A DNA stretch of 38,956 bases, from positions 1 through 38,956 of the IMG/VR virus record IMGVR_UViG_3300045988_057840; one strand, 5' to 3'. This document shows, one piece after another, positions 25,989 to 34,564 of this stretch. The DNA is from a virus. The notes under the pieces were generated by a model, which did no database searches, had not been told where the DNA came from, and worked only from the letters and a program-made list of their open reading frames with translations. Position 1 is the stretch's first letter. The number at the start of each line of letters is the position of its first letter. Made by a program: the position numbers and the translations under genes.

Positions 25989-26360
25989 ATGAAACTCTCA
26001 AAACAACAAATTCAACAACAACGCGAAGCAATCGACGCTTTATATGAACTCGTAAAAGAAGCGCCAGCGAGTGAGCGTAAAGACTCCGCTATGGCATACT
26101 GTGAAGGCTGTATTGCTGCTTGTGATTTAGGTCTTAAGGTATTAAACGGCAAGAAAGCAGAGGCTCCTAAGACTGAGGAAACTCCAAAGGTAGAAGAAAC
26201 TACAGTTACAGAAGAGCCAAAAGCTGAAGAAAAGCCAAAACGTAAACGTACTACTAAGAAGAAAGAAGAACCAGTAGAAGAAACCTTGCCGGTGGTTGAT
26301 GAAGCTCCTGTAGTTGATGAAGCACCTGCAGAAGAAGACGATTTAGACGATTTGTTATAA
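25989..26360 (+). CDS. Hypothetical protein with a PEK-rich low-complexity region and acidic tail
   Basis: GGAGGA SD. The protein ends in EEDDLDDLL. Confidence 0.55.
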   Translation: MKLSKQQIQQQREAIDALYELVKEAPASERKDSAMAYCEGCIAACDLGLKVLNGKKAEAPKTEETPKVEETTVTEEPKAEEKPKRKRTTKKKEEPVEETLPVVDEAPVVDEAPAEEDDLDDLL

Positions 26361-26376
26361 GAAAGGATAGCGCCTT

Positions 26377-28050
26377 ATGAAGGTCTTATTCAATCTACAA
26401 GTACAACAGCTGTACGACCTAGTGCGGCGCAAACAAGTAACACCTAATACGCCTGCAAGCCATTACCATGTGGCTTGCGGACACTCCTTTAGCAATTTAT
26501 GGCCTATGAAGTCCGGCGGATTTGGACTTGTGACAATTCCTGAAGCAGATTCATTCTACTGCCCGATGTGCGGTGAGCTAATTAAGGCAAGCGGTTATAC
26601 TGCCGAAGTTGGATACCGAGGTACGGTTCCTATTTCTTTAGACTTATCGATAATCGATAGAGGCAATGTCTTGGATGTGCAGTTTGAGTACGACACTGTA
26701 TATGCTGATGGCGATACAGGAATGATCTACAAAGGATATAAGTCACATGTGGTTGATGTTCTCCGGTTTGACTTCAAACGTAGAACGTCCTCTATCGTAC
26801 TTAAGAAACGCTCACGCAGCAATGTCGTCGAAAAAGCGACAGTCTCCCCTTCTGGATTTAGAAATGGTCTTTTACCTTTACTGTGGATTGTGGCTACTCC
26901 AAACTGCAGACTGCATAACTACCAGGCTGAGCTGAAACGCTTTGCTAAGGTATTAAAGGATGTATTCTTTGAAAAGCTATCCAAGGTAGTGGGCTATAAA
27001 GTCAAATCCATTCGGCAGGGGATACAAGTTACTAACAAGTACGGAGCTTTAGATAACCTTCTTCATAATCTTGTATGGAAATTAGAAGCCCCTGATGCTC
27101 CTGCTATCAATGAAGACCTTAAACGAGACTATGATGACTTCTATAACAGAGCTTTCCCGTACGAGAAATTCGGCATGAGCGATGTATTAGCATTAACGGC
27201 CAATAGCAAGCCTTTTGTAAAAGCGCTGATTGAAGTACATAACTTGCCTGACACTCGCTGGTCTCGTAGGTTACTACACGATAGACCTTTCTTTTACGCG
27301 AAAGCGATTAAAGTAGTGTCTAAGTTATTTAGAAACAGAGACTACCAAAAGGCATTGTTAGATGTTATTAAAAGTAACTCTGATGATACAGGTTATATTC
27401 AATCGTGGCCAATATGGAGAAACGATCGTGACTTAGATATCATTAGTAAATTTGTACATATCTTAGGGCACCAATATGGTGAACGCCAGGCGTTCTTATT
27501 CATTCGGAATGCGCCGTCTTATCAAGATGTTCGAGATACAGCCAGTATGTATTATGAATTATCAAGAACTAGACGTAAAGAAGTTTGGGCGAGCCGGATT
27601 CAAGTACGAAGCTTACACGACACCATCACGAGAATGCAAAAGTTTGACAAAGTAGAAGACGAAATCGTACAGCAACGAAAAGCACATCGTGTACTAGCCG
27701 ATATGGTTAACGGCTACCGATTCACGGCGATTGGTTCTACTCACGGCATCATTGATATGGGTATTCAGCTTAACAACTGCGTAAGCTCTTATATCAAGAA
27801 AGTAAAAGCTGAAACCTGTGCTATCGTAGGTGTCTATAAATGTAACGAGCCTGTAGCGTGTATCGAAGTTAGCCCTGTAGATAACTCGGAAAACTTCATT
27901 GAGATACACCAGGCTAAACTAAAAAACAATCGTGGCGTATACGAAAACCACGATATTAATGGGGCAGTTAGTCAGTGGGTAACCTCTCACGGCTTACGTG
28001 TTCCTAGGTATGTAGGGGACATCCACTTTGCGAAGGGAGGAGCGATGTAA
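26377..28050 (+). CDS. Large hypothetical protein (557 aa): N-terminal zinc-ribbon-like Cys/His, C-terminal PcfJ-like segment
   Basis: HVACGHSF...FYCPMCGE at the N-terminus. C-terminal LNNCVSSYIKKVKAETCAIVGVYKCNEPVACIEV...IHQAKLKNNRG is reminiscent of the PcfJ-like domain pattern. Confidence 0.6.
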   Translation: MKVLFNLQVQQLYDLVRRKQVTPNTPASHYHVACGHSFSNLWPMKSGGFGLVTIPEADSFYCPMCGELIKASGYTAEVGYRGTVPISLDLSIIDRGNVLDVQFEYDTVYADGDTGMIYKGYKSHVVDVLRFDFKRRTSSIVLKKRSRSNVVEKATVSPSGFRNGLLPLLWIVATPNCRLHNYQAELKRFAKVLKDVFFEKLSKVVGYKVKSIRQGIQVTNKYGALDNLLHNLVWKLEAPDAPAINEDLKRDYDDFYNRAFPYEKFGMSDVLALTANSKPFVKALIEVHNLPDTRWSRRLLHDRPFFYAKAIKVVSKLFRNRDYQKALLDVIKSNSDDTGYIQSWPIWRNDRDLDIISKFVHILGHQYGERQAFLFIRNAPSYQDVRDTASMYYELSRTRRKEVWASRIQVRSLHDTITRMQKFDKVEDEIVQQRKAHRVLADMVNGYRFTAIGSTHGIIDMGIQLNNCVSSYIKKVKAETCAIVGVYKCNEPVACIEVSPVDNSENFIEIHQAKLKNNRGVYENHDINGAVSQWVTSHGLRVPRYVGDIHFAKGGAM

Positions 28051-28051
28051 T

Positions 28052-30472
28052 ATGGATACAAATATCATCATAGCTACGGGCAGAAGTCGCTCCGCCCGTA
28101 GCTGGAAGTCTCAGAAAATGACTTGGAGTGCTTTGGCCAATAAATTGGCAGAGCCAACTGTAACAAATGAAACAGCTGCTGAATACGCCAAGATGTCTAA
28201 AGCTGATCAAGGCCAAAAGAAAGACGTCGGCGGTTTTGTAGGTGGCTATATTCCTAAAAATGGTAGACGAGTAAGAGGCTCTGTTAAAGAGCGGTACTTG
28301 ATTACCCTTGATGCGGATAATCCTAGTGAGGACTTTCTATTAGACCTCGACATGGAATTAGGCGGAATGGAGTATGTACTTTACAGTACACACAGTCACA
28401 CGGATGCTAATCCACGATATCGCGTAATCATACCTGTCGATAGAGCGATGAAGCCAGATGAGTACCAGGCAGTCTCAAGACGGATTGCAGATAATATCGG
28501 GATTGAGTCTTTTGACCCATCCACACACCAGGCTGAACGGCTTATGTATTGGCCAAGTCATCCTAAAGATGTTGCCTACGTGTATCAACGAGGCGAAGGC
28601 AACCTAGTATCTGTTGATCAGTATCTAAGTACATATCGTGATTGGCGGGATACGAGTCTTTGGCCAACATCTGAAAAGGAATCACAAATCCGACTTGATG
28701 CTGCCAAGAAGCAAGGCAACCCGTTAGAGAAAAAGGGTTTACTCGGTGCCTTTTGTAGGTGCTACAGTATCACGGAAGCGATAGAAAAGTTCCTTCCTGG
28801 AGTGTATGAGCCGACACAAGTTGAGGACCGATACACGTATACAGAAGGTAGCTCAGTAGGTGGTTTAGTTATCTACGATAACGATACTTTCGCTTACTCC
28901 AACCACGCAACTGACCCTATCAGTGGTAAACTCGTTAATGCTTTTGACCTGGTCCGCATCCACTTATTCGGTGCCAAAGATGAGGGCGAAGACCCTGCGA
29001 CGGCAGTTACTAAACTGCCGAGCTACAAAGCTATGATAGACTTCGTCAACGAAGATGGCGCAGCACCAATCCTGCTCGATAAAGAACGCATGGCGGATAT
29101 GGAGTTTGAGGATATCACAGATGAAGAAGAGGACTTTTTGTCAAAGCTAAAGCGTGATAAAAACGGTACTCCCGAGTCTGATGTGTTCAACTGTTTGGTG
29201 GTACTTAAACATGACCCTGCATTAAAAGGTAAAATCCGTCTTGATGAATTCGCGCATCGGTTAGTCGTGATTGACGATCTTCCGTGGCGAGGTAAGGATG
29301 AAACCCAATACTGGACGGACACCGACGATGCGTGCCTACGTAACTACTTCGCCACAAAATACCTTATCAAGGGTAAGGGGATTATCGACGATGCCTTGCA
29401 GGAAGTAACGCAAGATAATAAATTCCATCCGGTACGCCAGTACTTAACTGGTTTAACTTGGGACGGTGAATGTAGAGTCGATACTCTATTTATCGATTAC
29501 ATCGGAGCGGAGGATACCGAATACATCCGAGCGGTTACACGTAAATGGATGTGCGGTGCCATCGCACGAGTAATGGAACCTGGCGTTAAGTTCGATACGG
29601 CGATTGTGTTATATGGCTCTCAAGGGCTTGGTAAATCATTAATCCTAGAGCGGTTAGGTCGTAAATGGTTTAACAACTCACTCGTTGATATCAAAACCAA
29701 AGACGCCTTAGAACAAATCCAGGGCTCATGGATCAATGAACTCGCTGAACTTGCACCTACCTATAAAAACGATAACGAAATCGTTAAGGCCTTTATCAGC
29801 CGTACCTCTGACAGGTTCCGTTCACCTTACGGTAGACGGACAGAAGAGTATCCTCGCCAGTGTGTATTTGCCGGTTCTACTAACAATCTTATGTTCTTAA
29901 AAGACCGAACCGGTAACCGCCGATTCTGGCCAATTACTGGAGATAAGGTACGCAAGACTAAGAACGCTTGGGAGTTGGCAAATGAAGAAATTGATCAATT
30001 ATGGGCGGAAGCATTCACGTATTGGGCGGAAGGTGAACCTCTCGTATTAGAGGGTGAACTCGAAGAAGAAGCCCTTAGAATTCAATTATCGCACACTGAA
30101 GGCGGTGAACTCGTAGGACTCATTGAGGAATACCTAGAAATGGAACTACCTGAAGATTGGGAGTCTAAAGACATCTACGATCGTAGGGAGTATATCCGGA
30201 ATTATGGCGATGACGACTATTGTGGTTCAGTGCAGCGGGAGCGGGTTTGTGCCCTTGAGATATGGTGCGAAGTAATGGAGGGTGACAGGAAGAACCTGCA
30301 GAACGCAAAAGCAAGAGAAATCATCGACATTCTGCAATCTATTAAAGGGTGGAGCCCTTATACAAAAGGTACAGGTAAAGCCCGGTTCGGTAAGCTTTAC
30401 GGTCCACAGAGAGCGTTCGTCAGAGATGGAACTGGACTTCTTGACATCTATAAAAAGAATCACAAGAAGTAG
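28052..30472 (+). CDS. VirE-family primase/helicase (N-terminal primase-like domain plus P-loop NTPase)
   Basis: Walker A is YGSQGLGKS. DRTGNRRFWPI is the typical VirE motif. The N-terminal YSTHSH...RYRVIIP segment is primase-like. Confidence 0.85.
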   Translation: MDTNIIIATGRSRSARSWKSQKMTWSALANKLAEPTVTNETAAEYAKMSKADQGQKKDVGGFVGGYIPKNGRRVRGSVKERYLITLDADNPSEDFLLDLDMELGGMEYVLYSTHSHTDANPRYRVIIPVDRAMKPDEYQAVSRRIADNIGIESFDPSTHQAERLMYWPSHPKDVAYVYQRGEGNLVSVDQYLSTYRDWRDTSLWPTSEKESQIRLDAAKKQGNPLEKKGLLGAFCRCYSITEAIEKFLPGVYEPTQVEDRYTYTEGSSVGGLVIYDNDTFAYSNHATDPISGKLVNAFDLVRIHLFGAKDEGEDPATAVTKLPSYKAMIDFVNEDGAAPILLDKERMADMEFEDITDEEEDFLSKLKRDKNGTPESDVFNCLVVLKHDPALKGKIRLDEFAHRLVVIDDLPWRGKDETQYWTDTDDACLRNYFATKYLIKGKGIIDDALQEVTQDNKFHPVRQYLTGLTWDGECRVDTLFIDYIGAEDTEYIRAVTRKWMCGAIARVMEPGVKFDTAIVLYGSQGLGKSLILERLGRKWFNNSLVDIKTKDALEQIQGSWINELAELAPTYKNDNEIVKAFISRTSDRFRSPYGRRTEEYPRQCVFAGSTNNLMFLKDRTGNRRFWPITGDKVRKTKNAWELANEEIDQLWAEAFTYWAEGEPLVLEGELEEEALRIQLSHTEGGELVGLIEEYLEMELPEDWESKDIYDRREYIRNYGDDDYCGSVQRERVCALEIWCEVMEGDRKNLQNAKAREIIDILQSIKGWSPYTKGTGKARFGKLYGPQRAFVRDGTGLLDIYKKNHKK

Positions 30473-30852
30473 GTGTGTCCAATTATTTGAGGTGTGTCCA
30501 ATTATTTAATAGGTACGAATGTTCGCAAAAATAATTATTCAAGCCTATACATAGATGAATTTTGATATAAGCTAATAATTGGACACACCAAACACGCATG
30601 GACACACTAATCGGACACGGGCAAAAAACAGATAACTACTAATCTGAATAGAGTTATGTATCTAGTGTGTCCAATTATTTATATAAAAATAAAAAAATAA
30701 ATATATGAATAATCGTATGTATAGGTATACACGTAAAAAACCCGTATACGCGTATATATATATGTTGGGAAAAAATTGGGCACTTCGGACACACTACCCA
30801 CACAAACCCAGTAACCATATAGGTTCGTAGGCGTGTCCGAAGGTGTGTCCGA
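30472..30852. repeat. Iteron cluster plus AT-rich tract: candidate replication origin
   Basis: GGTGTGTCCAATTATTT at 30472 and 30491. 16/17 copies at 30665 (direct) and 30574..30589 (inverted). Core GTGTGTCC/GGACACAC also at 30600, 30787 and 30844. Degenerate GTGTCC at 30613 and 30833. AT tract at 30681..30715. Confidence 0.6.
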
Positions 30853-30870
30853 GCATTAAATGAGAACGAG

Positions 30871-31212
30871 GTGAGAACGATAGAAAAAGATATCGAACGT
30901 TGGTTAGGAAATCAACTCAAAAAACTGGGGTGTATATATATGAAATTCGTATCACCTGGAAATGACGGCGTACCCGATCGGATTGTTATACTTCCCGGAG
31001 GTAGTGTTATCTTCGTCGAGTTAAAGTCCACACAAGGTAAGTTAATGGCCAATCAACGAGTACAGATTTCAAGGCTGCGTAAACAGGGCGCTTTAGTATT
31101 TGTCTTAACAGGGAAGCTGGACGCCAAGTTATTTGTAGACGATATAGAAAGGGTAATTCATGGACTTTCATCCACACGAGTACCAAGAGATTGCTATTCA
31201 GCGGATAATTGA
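30871..31212 (+). CDS. VRR-NUC domain nuclease
   Basis: GVPDRIVILPGGSVIFVELKSTQGKL contains the D...E-x-K motif. GTG start with a weak SD. Confidence 0.8.
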   Translation: MRTIEKDIERWLGNQLKKLGCIYMKFVSPGNDGVPDRIVILPGGSVIFVELKSTQGKLMANQRVQISRLRKQGALVFVLTGKLDAKLFVDDIERVIHGLSSTRVPRDCYSADN

Positions 31213-32533
31213 CCATTCGCATTATGGGCTCTTATTAGATATGGGCTTAGGCAAGACAATCTCCACGTTAATCGCAATAGAGAAACTTATGTATGATAGC
31301 TTTACTATCAAAAAAGTGTTACTTATTGCACCTAAGAAGGTAGCAGAGTCTACCTGGGCACAAGAAACAGAAAAGTGGAGTGCCACAAGATGTTTAACCG
31401 TGGCCAAGGTGTTAGGTTCAGAGAAAGAACGTATACACGCACTCGATAGTGAGGCTGATATCTATGTGATGAATCGTGAAAACGTGCAATGGTTATATGA
31501 TTACTATTTCGAAAAACCGAAAAAGAAATTCCCTTTTGACATGTTAGTGATCGATGAAAGTTCTTCATTTAAGAATCCACAGGCTAAACGGTTTAAGGCT
31601 ATGCGTAAAATGAGACCTCTCTTTAAGCGTATTGTTATTCTAACAGGCACGCCAGCGCCAAATACCTTAATGGATATTTGGGCACAGATGTATTTACTAG
31701 ATGGCGGGGACCGATTAGGTAAAACGCTTACCGAGTTTAGATGTCGCTACTTTACGCCGGACAAGACAAACGGGCACGTCGTGTATAGCTACCGATTACT
31801 ACCAGGTGGCGATAAGGCGATATTTGGTAAAATCCAAGACGTTTGTATGAGCTTAAAGGCTAAGGACTATCTCAAACTACCTGAGCGCATTGAAAACGTA
31901 ATTACTGTAGAAATGAGTCCTAAAGAATGGGCACTGTACAAAGAAATGGAACGAGAACATGTGCTAAGTATCGTAGATGATGACGATGTGAGCGCCCTTA
32001 ATGCAGCAGCACTCGCCGGTAAATTGTTACAACTGGCAAATGGATCCATTTATAACGATGAGGGTGAAATCGTAGTCGTCCATAACGAGAAGATTGAACG
32101 ATTGAAAGAATTGGTAGAAACGAATGAAGGAAAACCGATGTTAGTGTTCTATAACTTCAAACATGACCTTCAATCGATTAAAGAAGCATTCCCGAAAGCC
32201 GTTGAGTTAAAGACCGATGATGATGTAGCCGAGTGGAACAAAGGCAAGATTCAAATGTTACTGGCACATCCCGCATCAGCAGGGTACGGTTTAAACCTAC
32301 AAGCCGGCGGTAATATCATCGTATGGTACGGCCTGACATGGAGTCTTGAACAATATCAACAAGCTAATGCGAGACTACACAGGCAAGGGCAAACACAGCC
32401 TGTGATTATTCACCATCTAGTAACAAAAGGCACGATGGACGAGCAGGTTATGAAAGCATTAGAACGCAAAGAAGCAGGGCAAGATGCCCTCTTAGAAGCT
32501 ATTAAATATCGTAAAGAATTGTATAAGGAGTAG
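31160..32533 (+). CDS. SNF2-family DEAD/H helicase
   Basis: Motif I is DMGLGKT, motif II is LVIDESSSF, motif III is LTGTP and motif VI is QANARLHRQGQ. Confidence 0.9.
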   Translation: MDFHPHEYQEIAIQRIIDHSHYGLLLDMGLGKTISTLIAIEKLMYDSFTIKKVLLIAPKKVAESTWAQETEKWSATRCLTVAKVLGSEKERIHALDSEADIYVMNRENVQWLYDYYFEKPKKKFPFDMLVIDESSSFKNPQAKRFKAMRKMRPLFKRIVILTGTPAPNTLMDIWAQMYLLDGGDRLGKTLTEFRCRYFTPDKTNGHVVYSYRLLPGGDKAIFGKIQDVCMSLKAKDYLKLPERIENVITVEMSPKEWALYKEMEREHVLSIVDDDDVSALNAAALAGKLLQLANGSIYNDEGEIVVVHNEKIERLKELVETNEGKPMLVFYNFKHDLQSIKEAFPKAVELKTDDDVAEWNKGKIQMLLAHPASAGYGLNLQAGGNIIVWYGLTWSLEQYQQANARLHRQGQTQPVIIHHLVTKGTMDEQVMKALERKEAGQDALLEAIKYRKELYKE

Positions 32534-32537
32534 AGAT

Positions 32538-33053
32538 ATGCAAAAGAAATGCAGACGATGCGGAGACACATTTACAGTAAGAACACACGAGGACTACTGC
32601 CCTGCGTGTGAAAAAATTATGACACCTCCTGGTGGAGGAACTAGTAAAGAGTTAACTTGTGAAGGATGCGGCACAACCTTTATTCACAAAAAGGAAAAGG
32701 CGCAAGGCCGTTGGCCTAAATATTGCCCAGAGTGTCTTCCTAAATACTCTAAGGTGCCTAAGAAAAAGGAAGAGACAGTGCAAGCTATTGCAGAAAAGAT
32801 AGTGAAAGCTATCGAGGAGCCGGAAGTTAAGGTGACGCCTAAGAAAGAAGATGTCATCAATCATCCTTCACACTACACACGCGGTAATATTGAGGTTATC
32901 GATTTTATCGAGGATCAACAGCTTCCATATCATCTAGGTAATGTTATCAAGTACATCGCACGAGCAGGGCATAAGGGCGATAAACTTGAAGACCTAAAAA
33001 AAGCGCGGTGGTATTTGGACCGGTACATCAATGAGGTAATGCAGCATGAGTGA
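32538..33053 (+). CDS. DUF3310-domain protein with N-terminal zinc ribbons
   Basis: CRRCG...CPAC and CEGCG...CPEC at the N-terminus. C-terminal INHPSHYTRGNIEVIDFI...YHLGNVIKYIARAGHKG...DLKKARWYL is the DUF3310 signature. Confidence 0.75.
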   Translation: MQKKCRRCGDTFTVRTHEDYCPACEKIMTPPGGGTSKELTCEGCGTTFIHKKEKAQGRWPKYCPECLPKYSKVPKKKEETVQAIAEKIVKAIEEPEVKVTPKKEDVINHPSHYTRGNIEVIDFIEDQQLPYHLGNVIKYIARAGHKGDKLEDLKKARWYLDRYINEVMQHE

Positions 33054-33474
33054 CTATAAAGAAAAGGCGACAGCATATTTACAGGATATCAAGATGATAG
33101 CCATACGTATTCAATCCCTACGTCAGGATATTCGCAAACTGCAGTATGATATCATCACCTTATCGGCGATTGATTATTCCAAAGACCGAGTATCCGGGGG
33201 CGGTACTCCGGCAGGGCTTGAGGGGGATGTGGCTAGACTTGTTGATACGGTAGATGCCAAGAAACGGGAGATAGCAAAGCTTATTGCTAAAAGGGAAGAT
33301 GCAAGGGCTTTAATTGAAAAGATAGAATGTATACCAGGGCGTATTATATTAGCGCAAGAGTACATTAACGGGGCGTTTCCTAAGAAAGTACAAGCGATGA
33401 TATATTACGAAAAGAGCAGTTACTTCAATTTAAAAAATAAAGCATTGAACGAATTAGGGGAGCTACTTTCATAG
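33046..33474 (+). CDS. DUF1492 / RinA-ArpU-like late-gene transcriptional regulator (sigma region 4-like)
   Basis: The pattern YLQDIK..I..L...I..L......AIDYSKDRVSGG.....E..V..LVD......EI..L......A..LI..I......IL...YING matches the DUF1492 layout. Last gene before the packaging module. Confidence 0.55.
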   Translation: MSDYKEKATAYLQDIKMIAIRIQSLRQDIRKLQYDIITLSAIDYSKDRVSGGGTPAGLEGDVARLVDTVDAKKREIAKLIAKREDARALIEKIECIPGRIILAQEYINGAFPKKVQAMIYYEKSSYFNLKNKALNELGELLS

Positions 33475-33538
33475 TGGAGCACTTTGGACTGTTTTGGAGT
33501 ACTTTGGACTTAAATGAACCGACTTGACATAGTATAAT
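33475..33538 (+). promoter_or_regulatory. Candidate late promoter: two 16-bp direct repeats upstream of a TATAAT box
   Basis: TGGAGCACTTTGGACT (33475..33490) and TGGAGTACTTTGGACT (33495..33510) have a 20-bp period. TATAAT lies at 33533..33538. Confidence 0.5.
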
Positions 33539-33598
33539 GTAGTTGTGAAAGGTGTCTTTAGTCATCTAACACAAATCCTCTCTTATAAACAACTCGGC

Positions 33599-33633
33599 AA
33601 AAAGCACGGTGATGACGACCGTGCTTTTTGTTG
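33599..33633 (+). terminator. Intrinsic terminator inside the leader, about 60-95 nt downstream of the TATAAT box
   Basis: AAAAGCACGGT-gatgacg-ACCGTGCTTTTT, followed by gttg. Confidence 0.7.
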
Positions 33634-33798
33634 TATGTAGCATTGTAAATATAGGGGCCTCTATTTATGATGTAGGCGATCGCGTAAGCTAAGGAGAGGG
33701 AATATGTAAAAATGAAATTTACTGCACAATGAAACCAGGGCGAGCCGAATATGTCCACATTTTTAAAGCTTATACATTATGAGCTTGCCCTGTATCGT

Positions 33799-33888
33799 TG
33801 TACGCTGACATCTGATGACTAGACTATAAGTCCTCCAATAACTATATAGCCTAACAACAACCAACTAGTCATCGGATTTGAGCGTACA
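33799..33888 (+). other. Long imperfect hairpin (24-bp arms, 42-nt loop) in the non-coding leader
   Basis: tgtacgctgacatctgatgactag (33799..33822) pairs with ctagtcatcggatttgagcgtaca (33865..33888) with two mismatches and one G-U pair. Confidence 0.5.
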
Positions 33889-33910
33889 AATGTATTAAAG
33901 GTGAGAAGGT

Positions 33911-34105
33911 ATGAGCACAGAAGTCAAATGCATTAAACGTAAATGCCTTAATAACAAAAACGGCGTTTGCGCAGCAAAACTAATTGAATATGATGGACTG
34001 TGTCAAACGTATATCACACATGACCAAGCACATAAAAGTAATTGTGGATTATGCACTCGTTCTCACGGCCGATTTAAGAGAAACAGCCGTGATGTATTAA
34101 GATAG
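33911..34105 (+). CDS. Small Cys-rich protein (64 aa), DUF1540-like pattern
   Basis: VKCIKRKCLNNKNGVCAAKLIEYDG...C...C..C. GGTGAGAAGG SD. Confidence 0.5.
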   Translation: MSTEVKCIKRKCLNNKNGVCAAKLIEYDGLCQTYITHDQAHKSNCGLCTRSHGRFKRNSRDVLR

Positions 34106-34120
34106 CCAGGAGGTGAGATA

Positions 34121-34564
34121 GTGGCCGAGTTAAAGAACAAGAAACACGAAAAGTTTTGTAACGAATATATCAAGGATATGAATGCGACACAGGCCGCTAT
34201 TAGAGCCGGCTATTCCGAAAAAACTGCAGGTGCGCAAGCATCTAAATTGCTTAAAATAGTTAACATCAAAACAAGGGTTTCCGAGCTTCGTGACGCTTAT
34301 TTAGACGAAAACATTATGACTGCTAAACAAGTCGAGTATGAGTTAACAAGAATTGCCCTGGGGCTCTCAAATGAAAAACACGTCGTTATCGAAGGTACAG
34401 GTGACGGATACTCCGAAGCCCGCATTATCGATAAGCCACCTGACGAGAAGTCAAGACTGAAAGCACTGGAGCTAATGGCTAAACGCCATAGAATACTCAG
34501 CGGTGATACAACTATCGATATTAAGCCTGTAATCATCGTAGGTGGTGACGATATTGCAGACTAA
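34121..34564 (+). CDS. terS: Terminase small subunit (Terminase_2 / P27 family)
   Basis: KHEKFCNEYIKDMNATQAAIRAGYSEKTAGAQASKLL is the family signature. GTG start 7 nt after AGGAGG. Confidence 0.9.
   Translation: MAELKNKKHEKFCNEYIKDMNATQAAIRAGYSEKTAGAQASKLLKIVNIKTRVSELRDAYLDENIMTAKQVEYELTRIALGLSNEKHVVIEGTGDGYSEARIIDKPPDEKSRLKALELMAKRHRILSGDTTIDIKPVIIVGGDDIAD

Noticed and set aside
30472-30852. Repeated 16-17-bp units considered as a CRISPR array
   Set aside because: The repeats are too short, irregularly spaced and present in both orientations. They lie next to a replication initiator gene, which fits iterons rather than a CRISPR array.
33524-33538. Perfect TTGACA and TATAAT hexamers read as a consensus sigma-70 promoter
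   Set aside because: The hexamers are only 3 bp apart, so they cannot act together as -35 and -10 elements. TATAAT is kept as a -10 candidate for an activator-dependent promoter.
33558-33758. 66-aa ORF on the - strand inside the leader region
   Set aside because: It has no SD. It is on the opposite strand to all neighbouring genes and spans the terminator hairpin. Its composition (Y/I/N/F/H-rich) looks like translated AT-rich non-coding DNA.
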